Assembly (NCBI GenBank): GCA_964035545.1
Contig: OZ037765.1
Span: forward strand, 7,946,698-8,010,697
DNA from: Bugula neritina
Lineage: Eukaryota; Animalia; Bryozoa
DNA: 64,000 nucleotides
Direction of reading: 5' to 3'
Within the stretch, counting starts at the first letter, position 1, and each line of letters begins with the position of its first letter. The notes below the pieces were generated by a model. That model did not search any database. It was not told where the DNA came from and saw nothing but the letters and a program-made list of their open reading frames with translations. Positions 52,901 to 64,000 of this stretch are shown piece after piece. Made by a program: the position numbers and the translations under genes.

Positions 52901-55900
52901 AGCATCTGGTAGTCAAAAGAGGATTTGCTGGGAGGGAGAGGGGGATTTGAAGCTCTAGTTTTGATTATAATTCTAGTTGAATATTGCTGTAATTGTTGAA
53001 TATTTTAAAAGGCTGGCACATGTTTGTATGATGTAATTCTCAAACAAACATCACTACATACTATGACAGAACCACCAGCTTTCCATGGTCTTATGCCCAT
53101 GACACACTACAGTCGAAACTCGACTGTGGCGGCCATTTTGAAGCTGCTCGCGCATACCTTCAACGTCACGTCCTACTTTTTGCTGGTCACACTACAGTTC
53201 ACTACAAACGATGAAAGCTAACTGTCTCTAGTCTCGCAGTAAACTTTTAAACCAATAGGAATGCCATAAATCAGTTTCTGCAGTATCCGCAGTAACCAAC
53301 AATTAAATTTAGCGCAATTTTTTGAGATTTACTAGCATAATTTAATAAGATTTTCTAGTTATTTTCATTCTAATTTACTAGCTTCAATTATTCAAAATTA
53401 CTAGCTTTATTTAATGATATTACTTAGCTTTATTCAAGCTCATTCACTAGCCTAAAGAACTAAATAGTACGCTAATAAAATTCAACCAAATTAGAAAAAC
53501 TAAATATGCAGATAAAATTCAGCAAAATTTATCTAATGAATACTTATTTTCATGATTTATTGAAACTTTCATACATAACTTCATCATAATTATTTTAAAA
53601 GTAAAATAATATAATTTTCGAAGAACCAAATCAAATAATAATGCTCGCTAGTAGCACGTGGAAAAAGTAAAAGCACTTAACCAATCAGGGTTTACCTGGC
53701 CAGTCAGTGATTGGCTGATCGCTCAACTTCAGCGATGACAGTTCGACATGTCGAACTTTCATCGCATCGCTAAAAACTGACAGTTGCGTTCAGAAATCAG
53801 ACAGTTGTGACGTCACAGAGGTCATCGCTTATGCCCATAACACACTACAGTCGAAACGCGACTGTGGCGGCCATTTTGGAGCTGCTTGCGCATGCCTTCA
53901 ACGTCACGTCCTACTTTTTGCTGGTCACACTACAGTTCACTACGAACGATGAAAGCTAACTGTCTCTAGTCTCGCAGTAAACTTTTAAACCAATAGGAAT
54001 GCCATAAACCAGTTTCTGCAGTATCCACAGTAACCAACAATTAATCTTAGCGCAATTTTTTGAGATTTACTAGCATAATTTAATAAGATTTTCTAGTTAT
54101 TTTTATTCTAATTTACTAGCTTCAATTATTCAAAATTACTAGCTTTATTTAATGATATTACTTAGCTTTATTCAAGCTCATTCACTAGCCTAAAGAACTA
54201 AATAGTTATAGTACGCTAATAAAATTCAACCAAATTAGAAAAACTAAATATGCAGATAAAATTTAGCAAAATTTATCTAATGAATACTTATTTTCATGAT
54301 TTATTGAAACTTTCATACATAACTTCATCATAATTATTTTAAAAGTAAATTAATATAATTTTCGAAGAACCAAATCAAATAATAATGCTCGCTAGTAGCA
54401 CGTGGAAAAAGTAAAAGCACTTAACCAATCAGGGTTTACCTGGCCAGTCAGTGATTGGCTGATCGCTCAACTTCAGCGATGACAGTTGAACATGTTGAAC
54501 TTTCATCGCATCGCGAAAAACTGACAGTTGCGTTCAGTTGTGACGTCACAGAGATCAACGCTTAGCCTCGAAAACGCGTTCAAGATGGCCGTTTTGACTG
54601 TAGTGTGGCAGCCCCATTAGCCTCGAAAACGCGTTCAAGATGGCCGTTTCGACTGTAGTGTGGCAGCCCCATTAAGGACACGAGATCGATCTGAGTTCGA
54701 TCTCCACAGACCGACCAGCTCAGATCGACTGAGATCGATTCATCGAAAGTCGGTGAAAGAAGACTACTCTTAAAGTGCCCAAAGGTGAACATGAACTGTT
54801 GATTAAAGATGTCCATCACATATGATGTTACATCCTTTCTCTAGCTGTCCACACTACAAGATATGCTGACTCGAAACTGAAAAGAATTATATCTCGTACT
54901 CAGTAAGAATTCAGTTCAGCATTTTTTGTTTACTTGTAGCAACAAATAGTCCAGTTTGTTAACACAATTCAGTAAGATCTACCAATACAATTCAGTAAGA
55001 TCTACCAATACAATTCAGTAAGATCTACCAATACAATTCAGTAAGATCTACCAACACAATTCAGTAAGATCTACCAACACAATTCAGTAAGATCTACCAA
55101 CACAATTCAGTAAGATCTACCAACACAATTCAGTAAGATCTACCAACACAATTCAGTAAGATCTACCAACACAATTCAGTAAGATCTACCAACACAATTC
55201 AGTAAGATCTACCAACACAATTCAGTAAGATCTACCAACACAATTCAGTAAGATCTACCAACACAATTCAGTAAGATCTACTAACAATTTAGTGAAATTT
55301 ACTAGCATAATTAAATCACATCTAATATGTAGTTGAGCCAAAATTTAGAACAAATTATTTATTTGCATAATTTATGTACGTGTACAAATATAATATGACT
55401 AAATTTATAATTTAACTACCATTCATTAACACAATTTAGCCAAATTCATTAAATATAAAATTTAAAGACTACTTGAGATTAATACATTGCCAATGGATAA
55501 ACCAACAATATTGGTTAGTAGCAATGGAACAAGTAGAACCCCACAGCCAAACAACACAGACCAATGGAATTTATTCACAGCTCAACCTCAAACCACTATT
55601 AAAAATAGACCCCTGAGCTTTAAAATCAGATAGCTGCAACACAGGCCATACATAGCACACAAACAACAACCAACCAGTGGAGGACCAGGCATTATATAAA
55701 TACCAAAGTAACAAGGAATAAGCCACTTACCGTGTAAACAATGGCTAGCAGTCATCACAATCATTTCTGAGAATGCTTCAAACAAATCTGAAATATCAGA
55801 AATTATTGTTGAATGACAAATCAGGGTGATAATGATGTTTTGAATATAAATGATATTTTGATAGTGATACCTAGTAAGTTTACATATGATGATGTAATAG

Positions 55901-58900
55901 AATATAATCACCTATCTCCCCTTTATCTCCCCAACGAGTGAGGTAGTCACGGACTTCTTGCTCTATTATAGGCACATACTCCTTAAACCTTGCAATATTT
56001 AAACCAGTTTTGAACATTTTCTTCTGCTCAAGAAAAATCTACAAAATAAATTACATTTATGGTAAACTGAACAAAAAAAACAAGCACATCAGATTCTAAA
56101 CTAAGCTCCGCAAATAACCAGTAACCTATTCAACCTTCCAGTCAAATGTTCTTTGCAGCAGGAAACAAACTTATACTTCCATTACAAAATACCCCAGCTC
56201 ATAAAATGACTGCATCATTCAAGACTTTTACAAGAAAAAATTAGTTGGCTTTCTTCAGGAAAGTTTCTGTTACTTTACTTAACACTAAAACTTCAAAAGA
56301 TATCATAACTTGTGGAATTTTCAGATAAAGCATTGTAAATCATGTGAAACATAAGAAACTAAGCAGATGAGCTAACTCCGTGCCTTGCTGCTAGATTTAC
56401 TAGATTTCACCTCAAAGAAATTCAATTGAAAATGAAAGTAGAAAATTTCTTCTGTAATAATATCTTTGAATAGTAAGACAAGTATGAGTGGATTCTTACA
56501 TCATTTGGCACGTCATAGGCCACGCCTTTGCCAAAAACAGGGGTGACCAGCTTAGCATACACATCTTCTGCATTCAAATCCTCATTCTTGCTGTTGAATA
56601 GGAGTGAGCTAGCCTCGTTACCCATCAAATACGTGAATTTCTTTCCAGCCATTTCAATGGTGAAGACTGGCCCATACTACAACAAGTATATTTGTTTTAA
56701 AAACTCATTAAACTTATTTTAAATAAGTGTATGAGTTGCTTTAAATCAGGACTGACAAGTTATATTTGTGTAGTATTAGAATCTGCAGATATCTTGGCTA
56801 CGATTGAAAAACAATTTTAAAGTTGTATACCCATTTGAAATTGAATTCATTCATCAGCTTGAATATGATCAGTAAAATCTACAGTACGTTATTTTGTACA
56901 CAGTTCAACATGAACGCTCTTTTTGATACTCCTATAGGGTGCTAGATAGCTGACTACTAAATTGAATAATGATTTTAATCCTAACTGTAATTACAATATT
57001 TATCCTGAATATCAATCAGTTAGAGTTTGATGAAAAAAATAAAAATTGAAGTCATCTGTATCAGTTTATATCCTAATCACACTAACGAATCAAGGCGAAT
57101 AGAATCAAACCCGATAGTTGGTTACTATATCATCAATTTGAATTTAGCACAGCAGGTGATCAGTAACTTATCATTACAATATCAGTTTATCATCATACAG
57201 TTCACAGTTGGTATTAAAATAATGTTATCACCATATATCACAACTGGTTTTTCCTATATCAACACAGGTCTTTATTGCGCGTTGAAAATAGGCTATCTCG
57301 ATTGTTTCATGTTCAATATTTTAGTAGGCAGTGACTTTTAACTTTTGATATCTGTAGTAGAGGAGGTTTAAATGTTTTCTCCCCTGGCATAACACATATA
57401 ACCCTATGTTTCAAACTGTTGCACTATTTTAGTGACCAACCAGTGCAGCAACTAGGAACAATATGTAATGAAATGAAACACCAAATTGTCATCAGCAGGT
57501 GAACTGATATTGCAGATTAAATGAGAAGAAGTGTACGCAAAAATTATTATAAAACCTATTCGCATGGGCACACAACCCTGAAGCTATTACATAATATTTC
57601 TAGGTAGTAATGCAAGTTCTATTCAGCCATTCTCTTACTAGCTTTTCTAACAATCATTTGCTTATGAAGCATATTAGCAAAACACAAGCTTCTAACTTTA
57701 CGCACTAAGTATTCCATGCTGGGAATTTTTTGTAGCAGCAGAGGCTCTGTTTCTAAAAAACAAGGCAGCTCGGAATTTTTTCAAAGTAAACTAAACTTAA
57801 TAAGAATTGTCTATTCTTATGTACATTTCATGTAAACAATTCATCAATTATTACCAATACATTATAGATATTTAATCAATGTTCAAAATAATGCATACTT
57901 TAGTAAATTAACACAGGGTGTGGTTTTGATGCACTTAAGTTTAATCAGAAGAGTAAATCTGTAAGATTAAGCAGGTGTTGAATGCAATAACCAATCATAA
58001 TGAAACTGTACACACTTACAGATGTCTATAACTTACCTGGTTTTTCATCCTAACCAAGAAATCAACAGGATTTTTATTAAACTCGATTGCTGAACCCAAA
58101 AATGGAACTTGTGATGGGATAAATGGAGGAGCATCTTTTGCCTACAAAATATGAAAGCAGGAAAATAATTACAAGTTCATATAGATGGAAAGTCAAACTT
58201 TGGCTTAAATGTCACAATATTTTATTGTGATTAATTAAGAAATATGTGCAGCTTGAAATTTTCATGGTTACATGCAAGTACATTTACTTGATTTTCTAAT
58301 TATTTTTATTTGTTGATTTGAAAATGAAAATCGAGTCCATTATGCTTTTTGTAAATAATATAAAACTGTGCTAGTTCTCTCACCCAAAGTATCACTTCAG
58401 AAATGGCAAACCAATAAATAGCATTTAACATTAGTTTACCAGACATTAGCAAAAGAGCACTACGATTAGGAAACATTGATTATGGCACACAAAACATTCA
58501 AGGATTGTAAGCAAAATTTTCAAGACTCAGTTAGTAAGAAAAATTATTGTAAAAATAAAATAAAAATGTTTTATTAATAATGTTGCTGATAAAAATTACT
58601 ATGCTCATTCACCATCATTTGTTGTTACATATAATGATCACTTTACCGGTGAGCTTGTTGTTTTCGCTAGTATAACCAAAATTATTCAGATAAAAATATG
58701 CTAAGTTTGAATTTCATAATTTAAATAATCATAATGTAATTTCAAATTCCCAGGAACTAATAATCATAATAATAGCATTGATATTAGCTTAGCCATGAGT
58801 AACCTGTAGTCACTACTTTACTTTGAAACTTGAATAAAAATGGTAATACTTTTTATCAACACTTGTAGTTCACTAATAGCAGTAGTAAAACATAAACTTA

Positions 58901-60381
58901 CCAGTACCAATAGTTATATTGGTACTATCAATAAGCATGTCATTAATTAACTGAATTGGACCAGAATAACTTGTTAAGCAGTGAAATTTTTCAAGAATTA
59001 AATCAATTACATATAAATTTATGATTAATACTACTCTAAATCCTTTTTAATTTCATGAGTTGTTTCCCACAAAAAGAGAAAATTAAATACTTTGGTTCTT
59101 GCAGTTATCACTGAAACATAAAGCTTGTCTTTTTATTGAATGTTACGGCGTTTAGGGGAGCCCATCAAGTACTTCACGAGTTACAAATTTTTAATACTAA
59201 TATGAAGTCAGTCTTCTATTTTAACCCTAACCTCTATTTTCCAAATAAAAGTAATACTGGTTGCACTTTGGTTCTTTTTCAAAACAGGAACAGTTTGCTT
59301 GACTCAATATAGATTCAATTCATTCTGGACTAGCTTTAAAATTTTCAATTTTTGACAAATATTGATTCCAACTCGAATTCTATGCCAAACATATTCATAT
59401 TGATTTCCAGAAATGAGCTAATAGTATTAGTACCACAACTATAGGTTTAACTATTACTATTCACTATACTGATATTCTACTAGTGGGTGCAGGTCATATC
59501 GTACACATTTGGTAGGTCGTTTTGTACACATCAATATTTATATATATATAGACTAACAATAAAAGACATAATTTTATATTTATTTATTATTTCATATTTG
59601 ATGAGTCATACAGTAGGGCTCACAAGTATTAGTAACTTGCACATTTCATTTCACTATGCGTTATTTATTATTGTGACATGTAGGTGTTGGGAGGGGGGCA
59701 CTGCTCTTTTCTTTTTAGTTTAGATATTGATATTGTTATCAGTAGATGGCAGCACATAGTTGATAAATATATTTTTTGCCTCAAAAACATGCTAGGAGAA
59801 AAAGAGAGGTGGGGCGCAATAAATAAGTAAGGTAGTATCATTCAAGTAGTCATCTAGTGTATTTATTATTTATTATTCAGTTTGTGTACAGAGCCACTAT
59901 TTTGTATAGGAAACGACAATAACCACTACTACTACTATTACTACTACTAGTACTAGGAGTAGTATTAACGTTTTCCAAACAGAAGTGCTATTACTAGAGT
60001 ACCATTATTAGGTCTAGTAGTAGTACTACTAGTACTAGGTCTAGTATTACTACTAGTACTGTAGTAGTACTGCCGCTACTAGTACTGTAGTTGTAGTAAA
60101 TGTAATGGTCTTCAATTGTAGTTGCCGTTGGTGTTGCACCAACTCCAACACTAGTTTTAAATTTTATATATTTTTATAATTTAACAACTAATATCAATAT
60201 GCTAACAAACCTGAATGTTTGCCCTTCTGAAAAATTTGATGTAGATGAAGACAATTCCGAGCACAGCAACGACAGTGGCGAGTTGAAATGTAGCACTAGC
60301 TGTTAAACTGAAACTAGGTGAAAAGGTAGTTTTAGTCTCAACATCAGCTTCAGCTTGGGTGTGGAATTTGTTACTTTCCAT
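46940..60381 (-). CDS. CYP51: Sterol (lanosterol) 14-alpha-demethylase, cytochrome P450 family 51, about 506 aa
   Basis: Ten phase-consistent minus-strand exons: 60381-60211, 58141-58037, 56676-56500, 56038-55912, 55787-55731, 52696-52453, 51877-51721, 50443-50309, 48858-48746, 47174-46940. Signatures: N-terminal TM anchor, [22 protein letters not shown]-helix [22 protein letters not shown], and heme loop [12 protein letters not shown]. An in-frame upstream ATG exists at 60549. Confidence 0.97.
50523..50692 (+). mobile_element. About 170-bp MITE, copy 1 (CYP51 intron 7)
   Basis: TIRs GCAGTAATGGAGAAATTGA / TCAATTTCTCCACTACTGC. Homologous to 51917-52069 in the opposite orientation. Confidence 0.8.
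51917..52069 (-). mobile_element. About 155-bp MITE, copy 2 (CYP51 intron 6)
   Basis: Its reverse complement aligns with 50523-50692 (AGGTAGGTGCAGTAATG...AGCCTGTGTTCTAGAT...TTTCAACCTGC...CTATCTCAATTTCT). Confidence 0.8.
53094..54671. mobile_element. Two nested copies of an about 790-bp PIF/Harbinger-type non-autonomous element
   Basis: Outer copy is 53094-53831 plus 54620-54671; inner copy is 53832-54616. TIR core CACACTACAGTCGAAAC...GGCCAT(T/C)TTG. TTA flanks both the outer (53091, 54672) and inner (53829, 54617) copies. Confidence 0.85.
54961..55282. repeat. 23-bp minisatellite, 14 copies
   Basis: Unit AA(C/T)ACAATTCAGTAAGATCTACC repeated head-to-tail with no spacers. Copies 2-4 carry the T variant. 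Confidence 0.97.
59925..60100. repeat. (ACT/TAG)n-rich low-complexity tract in CYP51 intron 1
   Basis: ACTACTACT/AGTAGT/TAGTACTA mosaic. Confidence 0.8.
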
Positions 60382-60599
60382 AGTACTGCTCACTATGGTA
60401 GAACTACGTTCAAATTTCTCGGCTATACATTTTGCTCCCCATATAAATAATATAATTCCAACTTTATAGACAACACTAAAATTTTGCAAAAATTGCCAAG
60501 CATAGTGAGAAAAAGAACGCATTTTTTCTCTCTTGGTGGGGAGACACATTGCTACTGATGTTGCTAACTTGCAGAAGTAGCTACGCTTTGTAAATGAAT

Positions 60600-60900
60600 G
60601 TATATTTGCTTAAAAGACTAAGTCGTTAATTTAAATTTTTAAGATATTAAAATTAATTATGTTTGAAAAAAGCCTATTATTTTATTTATTGGCAAAATTT
60701 CACTCTAAACTATTATTTTACTGAACAAATTTTATAGGCTATGCGACTTTTTTTAATGCATGGATACAACGAATTATCGGCTATTGGCTAGTTTTTAAAC
60801 ACCTGATGACCACGTGCTAAACATCTGATGCGGTTTCACTTTGTAATTTTTTTTTATTTCACTTTCAGTGATACGCGATATCAGAATCGGTATAACGATA
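60600..60900. promoter_or_regulatory. Putative bidirectional promoter shared by CYP51 and the oxidosqualene cyclase
   Basis: ATTGG (inverted CCAAT) at 60688 and 60783 and E-box CACGTG at 60811, in a CpG-richer patch. The cyclase ATG is preceded by a splice acceptor (TTTTTGTCAG, 63373), so its first exon must be upstream. Confidence 0.5.
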
Positions 60901-61019
60901 TCATTGTGATAACTGTGCGTACATATTTATGCAATTTAGAATTCATACTGTCAAATATAAATAATGTAATCATATAGCACTTTATTTGTAAAATACTTTG
61001 AACTTGGGTAAAAATTAAT

Positions 61020-61350
61020 ACTGACAGTGACACTGGCACTGTGACTGTGACACTGACAGTCACTCTCAGTCACAGTGTCACAGTAATCGTAGATCGAGAT
61101 AAAGATGTTCATGATCACTTCATGTTCAGCTTGAGTTTTACACCATCACCATGACGACACTCATACTGATACTGTCATACTGACACTGAATTTGATAGTG
61201 ATACTGGTACTCGTACTGATATTAACTATTAAGTGACACTCAGTCTCACACTGATTAGTATTACCATTGTGATTGATTCACACTGAGTTACTCATAGTGA
61301 TACTGATAGTGAAACTCATTCTGATTGTGATTGCCATGGTGATGGTGATC
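61020..61350. repeat. Degenerate 6-bp-periodic tract (CTGACA/GTGACA/CTGATA)
   Basis: Runs such as CTGACAGTGACACTGGCACTGTGACTGTGACACTGACAGTCACT. Confidence 0.7.
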
Positions 61351-61599
61351 GGCAATATGAGTAGACCTAGTTTGAATTTCAAAAAGCAATCAGTATCACA
61401 GTCAGAATGAGAATGAGTTTGACAATAAATATAGTTATAAAATTAAATGATATAAATCTGAATCACAAATAACTATAAGCATTCTGATTTTAATTTTATT
61501 TGTGGTTTGCATAATTCTTTGACTTCAACTAGGCCTATTAGTATTACCTTGTAGTTGTTTTTGATGGTGCAAGTAGCTGACTAGAAATAGAATTTTAAT

Positions 61600-62837
61600 C
61601 ATCATCATCATCATCTTGCTGTCTGCCGTGTCCGACTATGACTTCTGATGTATCATTAGTCTTCATCTGGGTCTGTCAAGTGACAGCATTTGCCATTTGC
61701 CGAGAGATATCTCCTTGTCTTTAAGGTTGCGTTTAATGGTATCTTTGTAACGGAGCCTCGGTCTGCCAATGTCACGGGAGCCTTCTGTTAGCTGTGAGTA
61801 TAAAACCTGTTTTGGGATCCTGGTGTTGTCTAATCTGTTGATATGTCCGGCCCATCTTAGATTTCTTTGAATGAGGGTGTCATATAGACTGGTAATGTTG
61901 GTTTTCTGAAGGATCTTCATATTAGATACAAAGTGCCACCATTTCACTGACAATATCTGTCTTAGTTGATTCATAAGAAAGGTATTTAGCTTGTGTGCCG
62001 TTATCTTATAGACTGTCCATAACTCCACTCCATATAGCAGTGTAGATAAAACAAAGGCTTGGTAGACTGCACATTTTGTCTTGGTTGTCAGGTCTCCGTT
62101 ATCCCAAACTCTTTCTTGTAGCCTTCCGAAAGTTTGTGACGCTTTTGACATTCTCAATTGGAGTTCTTGATCAAGTTTGTTGTTGTTTGTGATGGTTGAG
62201 CCAAGGTATTTGAAGTTCTTGACTGTGTTGAGGATTTCTCCATCTATACTAATTTTTTCTCCCTCATCATGTTCTCCTGGTGGTGGTTGACACATCGTCT
62301 CTGTTTTGGTTATATTTATCTTTAGTCCAAAGTCTTTGGCAGATTTTGCCTAACGGGTGATGATTTCTTGAGCCTGCTGATGGTAGTGGGCAACAAAGGC
62401 AGTGTCGTCAGCAAACATGAGTTCTCTGATGAGTACCTTTCTTGTTCTGGTGGAAAATTTGAACTTGATTGACATTGAACAAGTCAGCGCCAGGTCTTAA
62501 TTGAATTCATACACCCTTATCATAGCCATCAAAAGCATGGTTCATAACCATAGTGAGATAGATAGAGAACAGAGTCGGAGCCGGAACGCAGCCTTGTTTT
62601 ACACCGTTTGTGATCTTGAATGGTGCTGAGAGATCTTCTTTCAGGTTGACAGAGGCTTTCATTCCCGTATGTAGGGCTGCAATCAGGTTAGTGAACTGGT
62701 CTGGGCAGCCAAGCTTTCTTAGAACCATCCACAATGTCGATCGGTTTACTGTGTCGAATGCCTTGGTGAAATCAACAAAGATCATGTATAGAGGCATATT
62801 CTGTTCTATGCATTTTTCCTGAATCTGTCTTAGTGAG
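61600..62837 (-). mobile_element. 5'-truncated, disrupted RTE-clade non-LTR retrotransposon
   Basis: RT motifs FVDFTKAFDTV, GVKQGCVPAPTLF, ELMFADD, FKYLGS and LRWAGH...RIPKQVLY...GRPRLRYKD. Contains a frameshift and an in-frame stop. (GAT)n 3' tail at about 61600-61615. 14-bp TSD AATAGAATTTTAAT at 61586-61599 and 62838-62851. Confidence 0.93.
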
Positions 62838-63382
62838 AATAGAATTTTAATACTAATAGTAATACTCATAAACAATAGACAAACTATTAGTATTACTATT
62901 AGTTATTACTGTAAAGTGATTACTCATAAGTGGTACTAAACTGGTCACTGGGAAAATAAATTTAAAACTACAGCCTTCATATACTCCGACACAGTATATG
63001 GACCCTTACACCACTTTCACTTTGAGCTATATTATAACTAAAACGAGGTGACATTAGCTATTAGTAATACTGATTTGAATAGATGTACCTCTGCTCGCCT
63101 TTGCTGGATCCTGTGCCTACATACTCTTTTTTACGTGTTTAGTAATAATATTCACTTTCTTAGTAATCAATACTCGCCGGATCTTTTGCATTATTAATAT
63201 TTTAGAAAGCTGAAAATTGAAGAGCACAAAGTGCTATTAACTTCTTCATATTGAACCTATTTTTTAACAATTTATGAAAAAATTTGCTCTAGTCTGATTA
63301 TTTTATGTACAGGTAAAGTTTTTACAATTAAAACGGTACAGCTGTTGAAGAAAGAGTCTTATATTTTTGTCAGATTCAAAGA

Positions 63383-63830
63383 ATGCCAAAATTCAAGTAT
63401 GCAAATAATTTGCGGAGAAACAGAGGTGGTCCTTATAAGACCAAACCAGTGACTGAATTAAGAAGATGGCGTCTCCGTAATGTTGGTGGCAGGCAGACTT
63501 GGCATTATTTAGAATCTAATGAAGAATGCGAAGCATGGCCTCAGACTTTACTTGACAAACATTCATTGGGTTTATCAACAGTTAGTAATTTATTTTATGT
63601 AAAAAATTTAAAACATACATTTTGAAGTTCAAACATTATTTTTTATGTCTCATGAATAGTAAACATCATATTATTTTAATATTGCTGTCAGGATGATTTA
63701 GCACCATCCCTACCTCCTGCCACATCTGCCAAAGCATCCTCATATAATGCTCTCAAGTTTTATGCTGCTTTACAAGCTGAAGATGGTCATTGGGCTGGAG
63801 ATTATGGTGGTCCTCTATTTCTCATGCCTG
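63383..63830 (+). CDS. LSS: Oxidosqualene cyclase / lanosterol synthase, first two coding exons (continues beyond the window)
   Basis: Exon 63383-63580 encodes [21 protein letters not shown]...GRQTWHY and exon 63692-63830 encodes [29 protein letters not shown]. These match the conserved N-terminus of animal oxidosqualene cyclases. Confidence 0.93.
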
Positions 63831-64000
63831 GTAATACATTTCTTAGCTATTTATTTTTGCCCAGAAACTTGTTAGTACTGAAATACTGCAAATTTATGTG
63901 TTCTCGGGATTAGCATGAAAATATTTATTAAACTTTGTATTGATATTGTATTAAAAATGTGTTAAAATATTCAAATTAATGTTAATATGATTATATTTGT

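Noticed and set aside
53090-54563. Simple 738-bp tandem duplication
   Set aside because: The TTA junctions and the doubled right end are better explained by nested self-insertion.
54961-55282. Regular 23-bp repeat array resembling CRISPR
   Set aside because: Units are directly adjacent with no unique spacers, there are no cas genes, and the array lies in a eukaryotic intron. It is a minisatellite.
59805-59820. GGTGGGGCGC as a sterol regulatory element in CYP51 intron 1
   Set aside because: Only a partial match to GTGGGGTGAT and too short to support.
46940-63830. Horizontal transfer of a bacterial or fungal sterol operon
   Set aside because: Both genes have many spliceosomal introns and animal-like signature sequences. 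Only a phylogeny could revive this idea.

Overview
AT-rich, intron-containing eukaryotic DNA from an invertebrate animal; the species cannot be named from sequence alone. I assembled spliced gene models by hand, checking GT-AG ends and reading-frame phase. In order they are: the 3' part of a ZCCHC14/ZCCHC2-like zinc-knuckle gene (+), a THSD4/ADAMTSL6-like gene (+), proteasome alpha subunit PSMA4 (-), a divergent CSPG4/NG2/kon-tiki-like proteoglycan (+), a candidate orphan 73-aa gene with a TATA/Inr promoter (-), nanos (+), sterol 14-alpha-demethylase CYP51 (-), and the 5' end of an oxidosqualene cyclase/lanosterol synthase (+). The most notable arrangement is CYP51 and the cyclase lying head-to-head: they are consecutive sterol-pathway enzymes, apparently on a shared bidirectional promoter. 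Non-coding DNA holds several MITE families (one inserted into a copy of itself), a 5'-truncated RTE-type LINE with target-site duplication, and mini/microsatellites. There is no CRISPR array, rRNA or tRNA that I can support.
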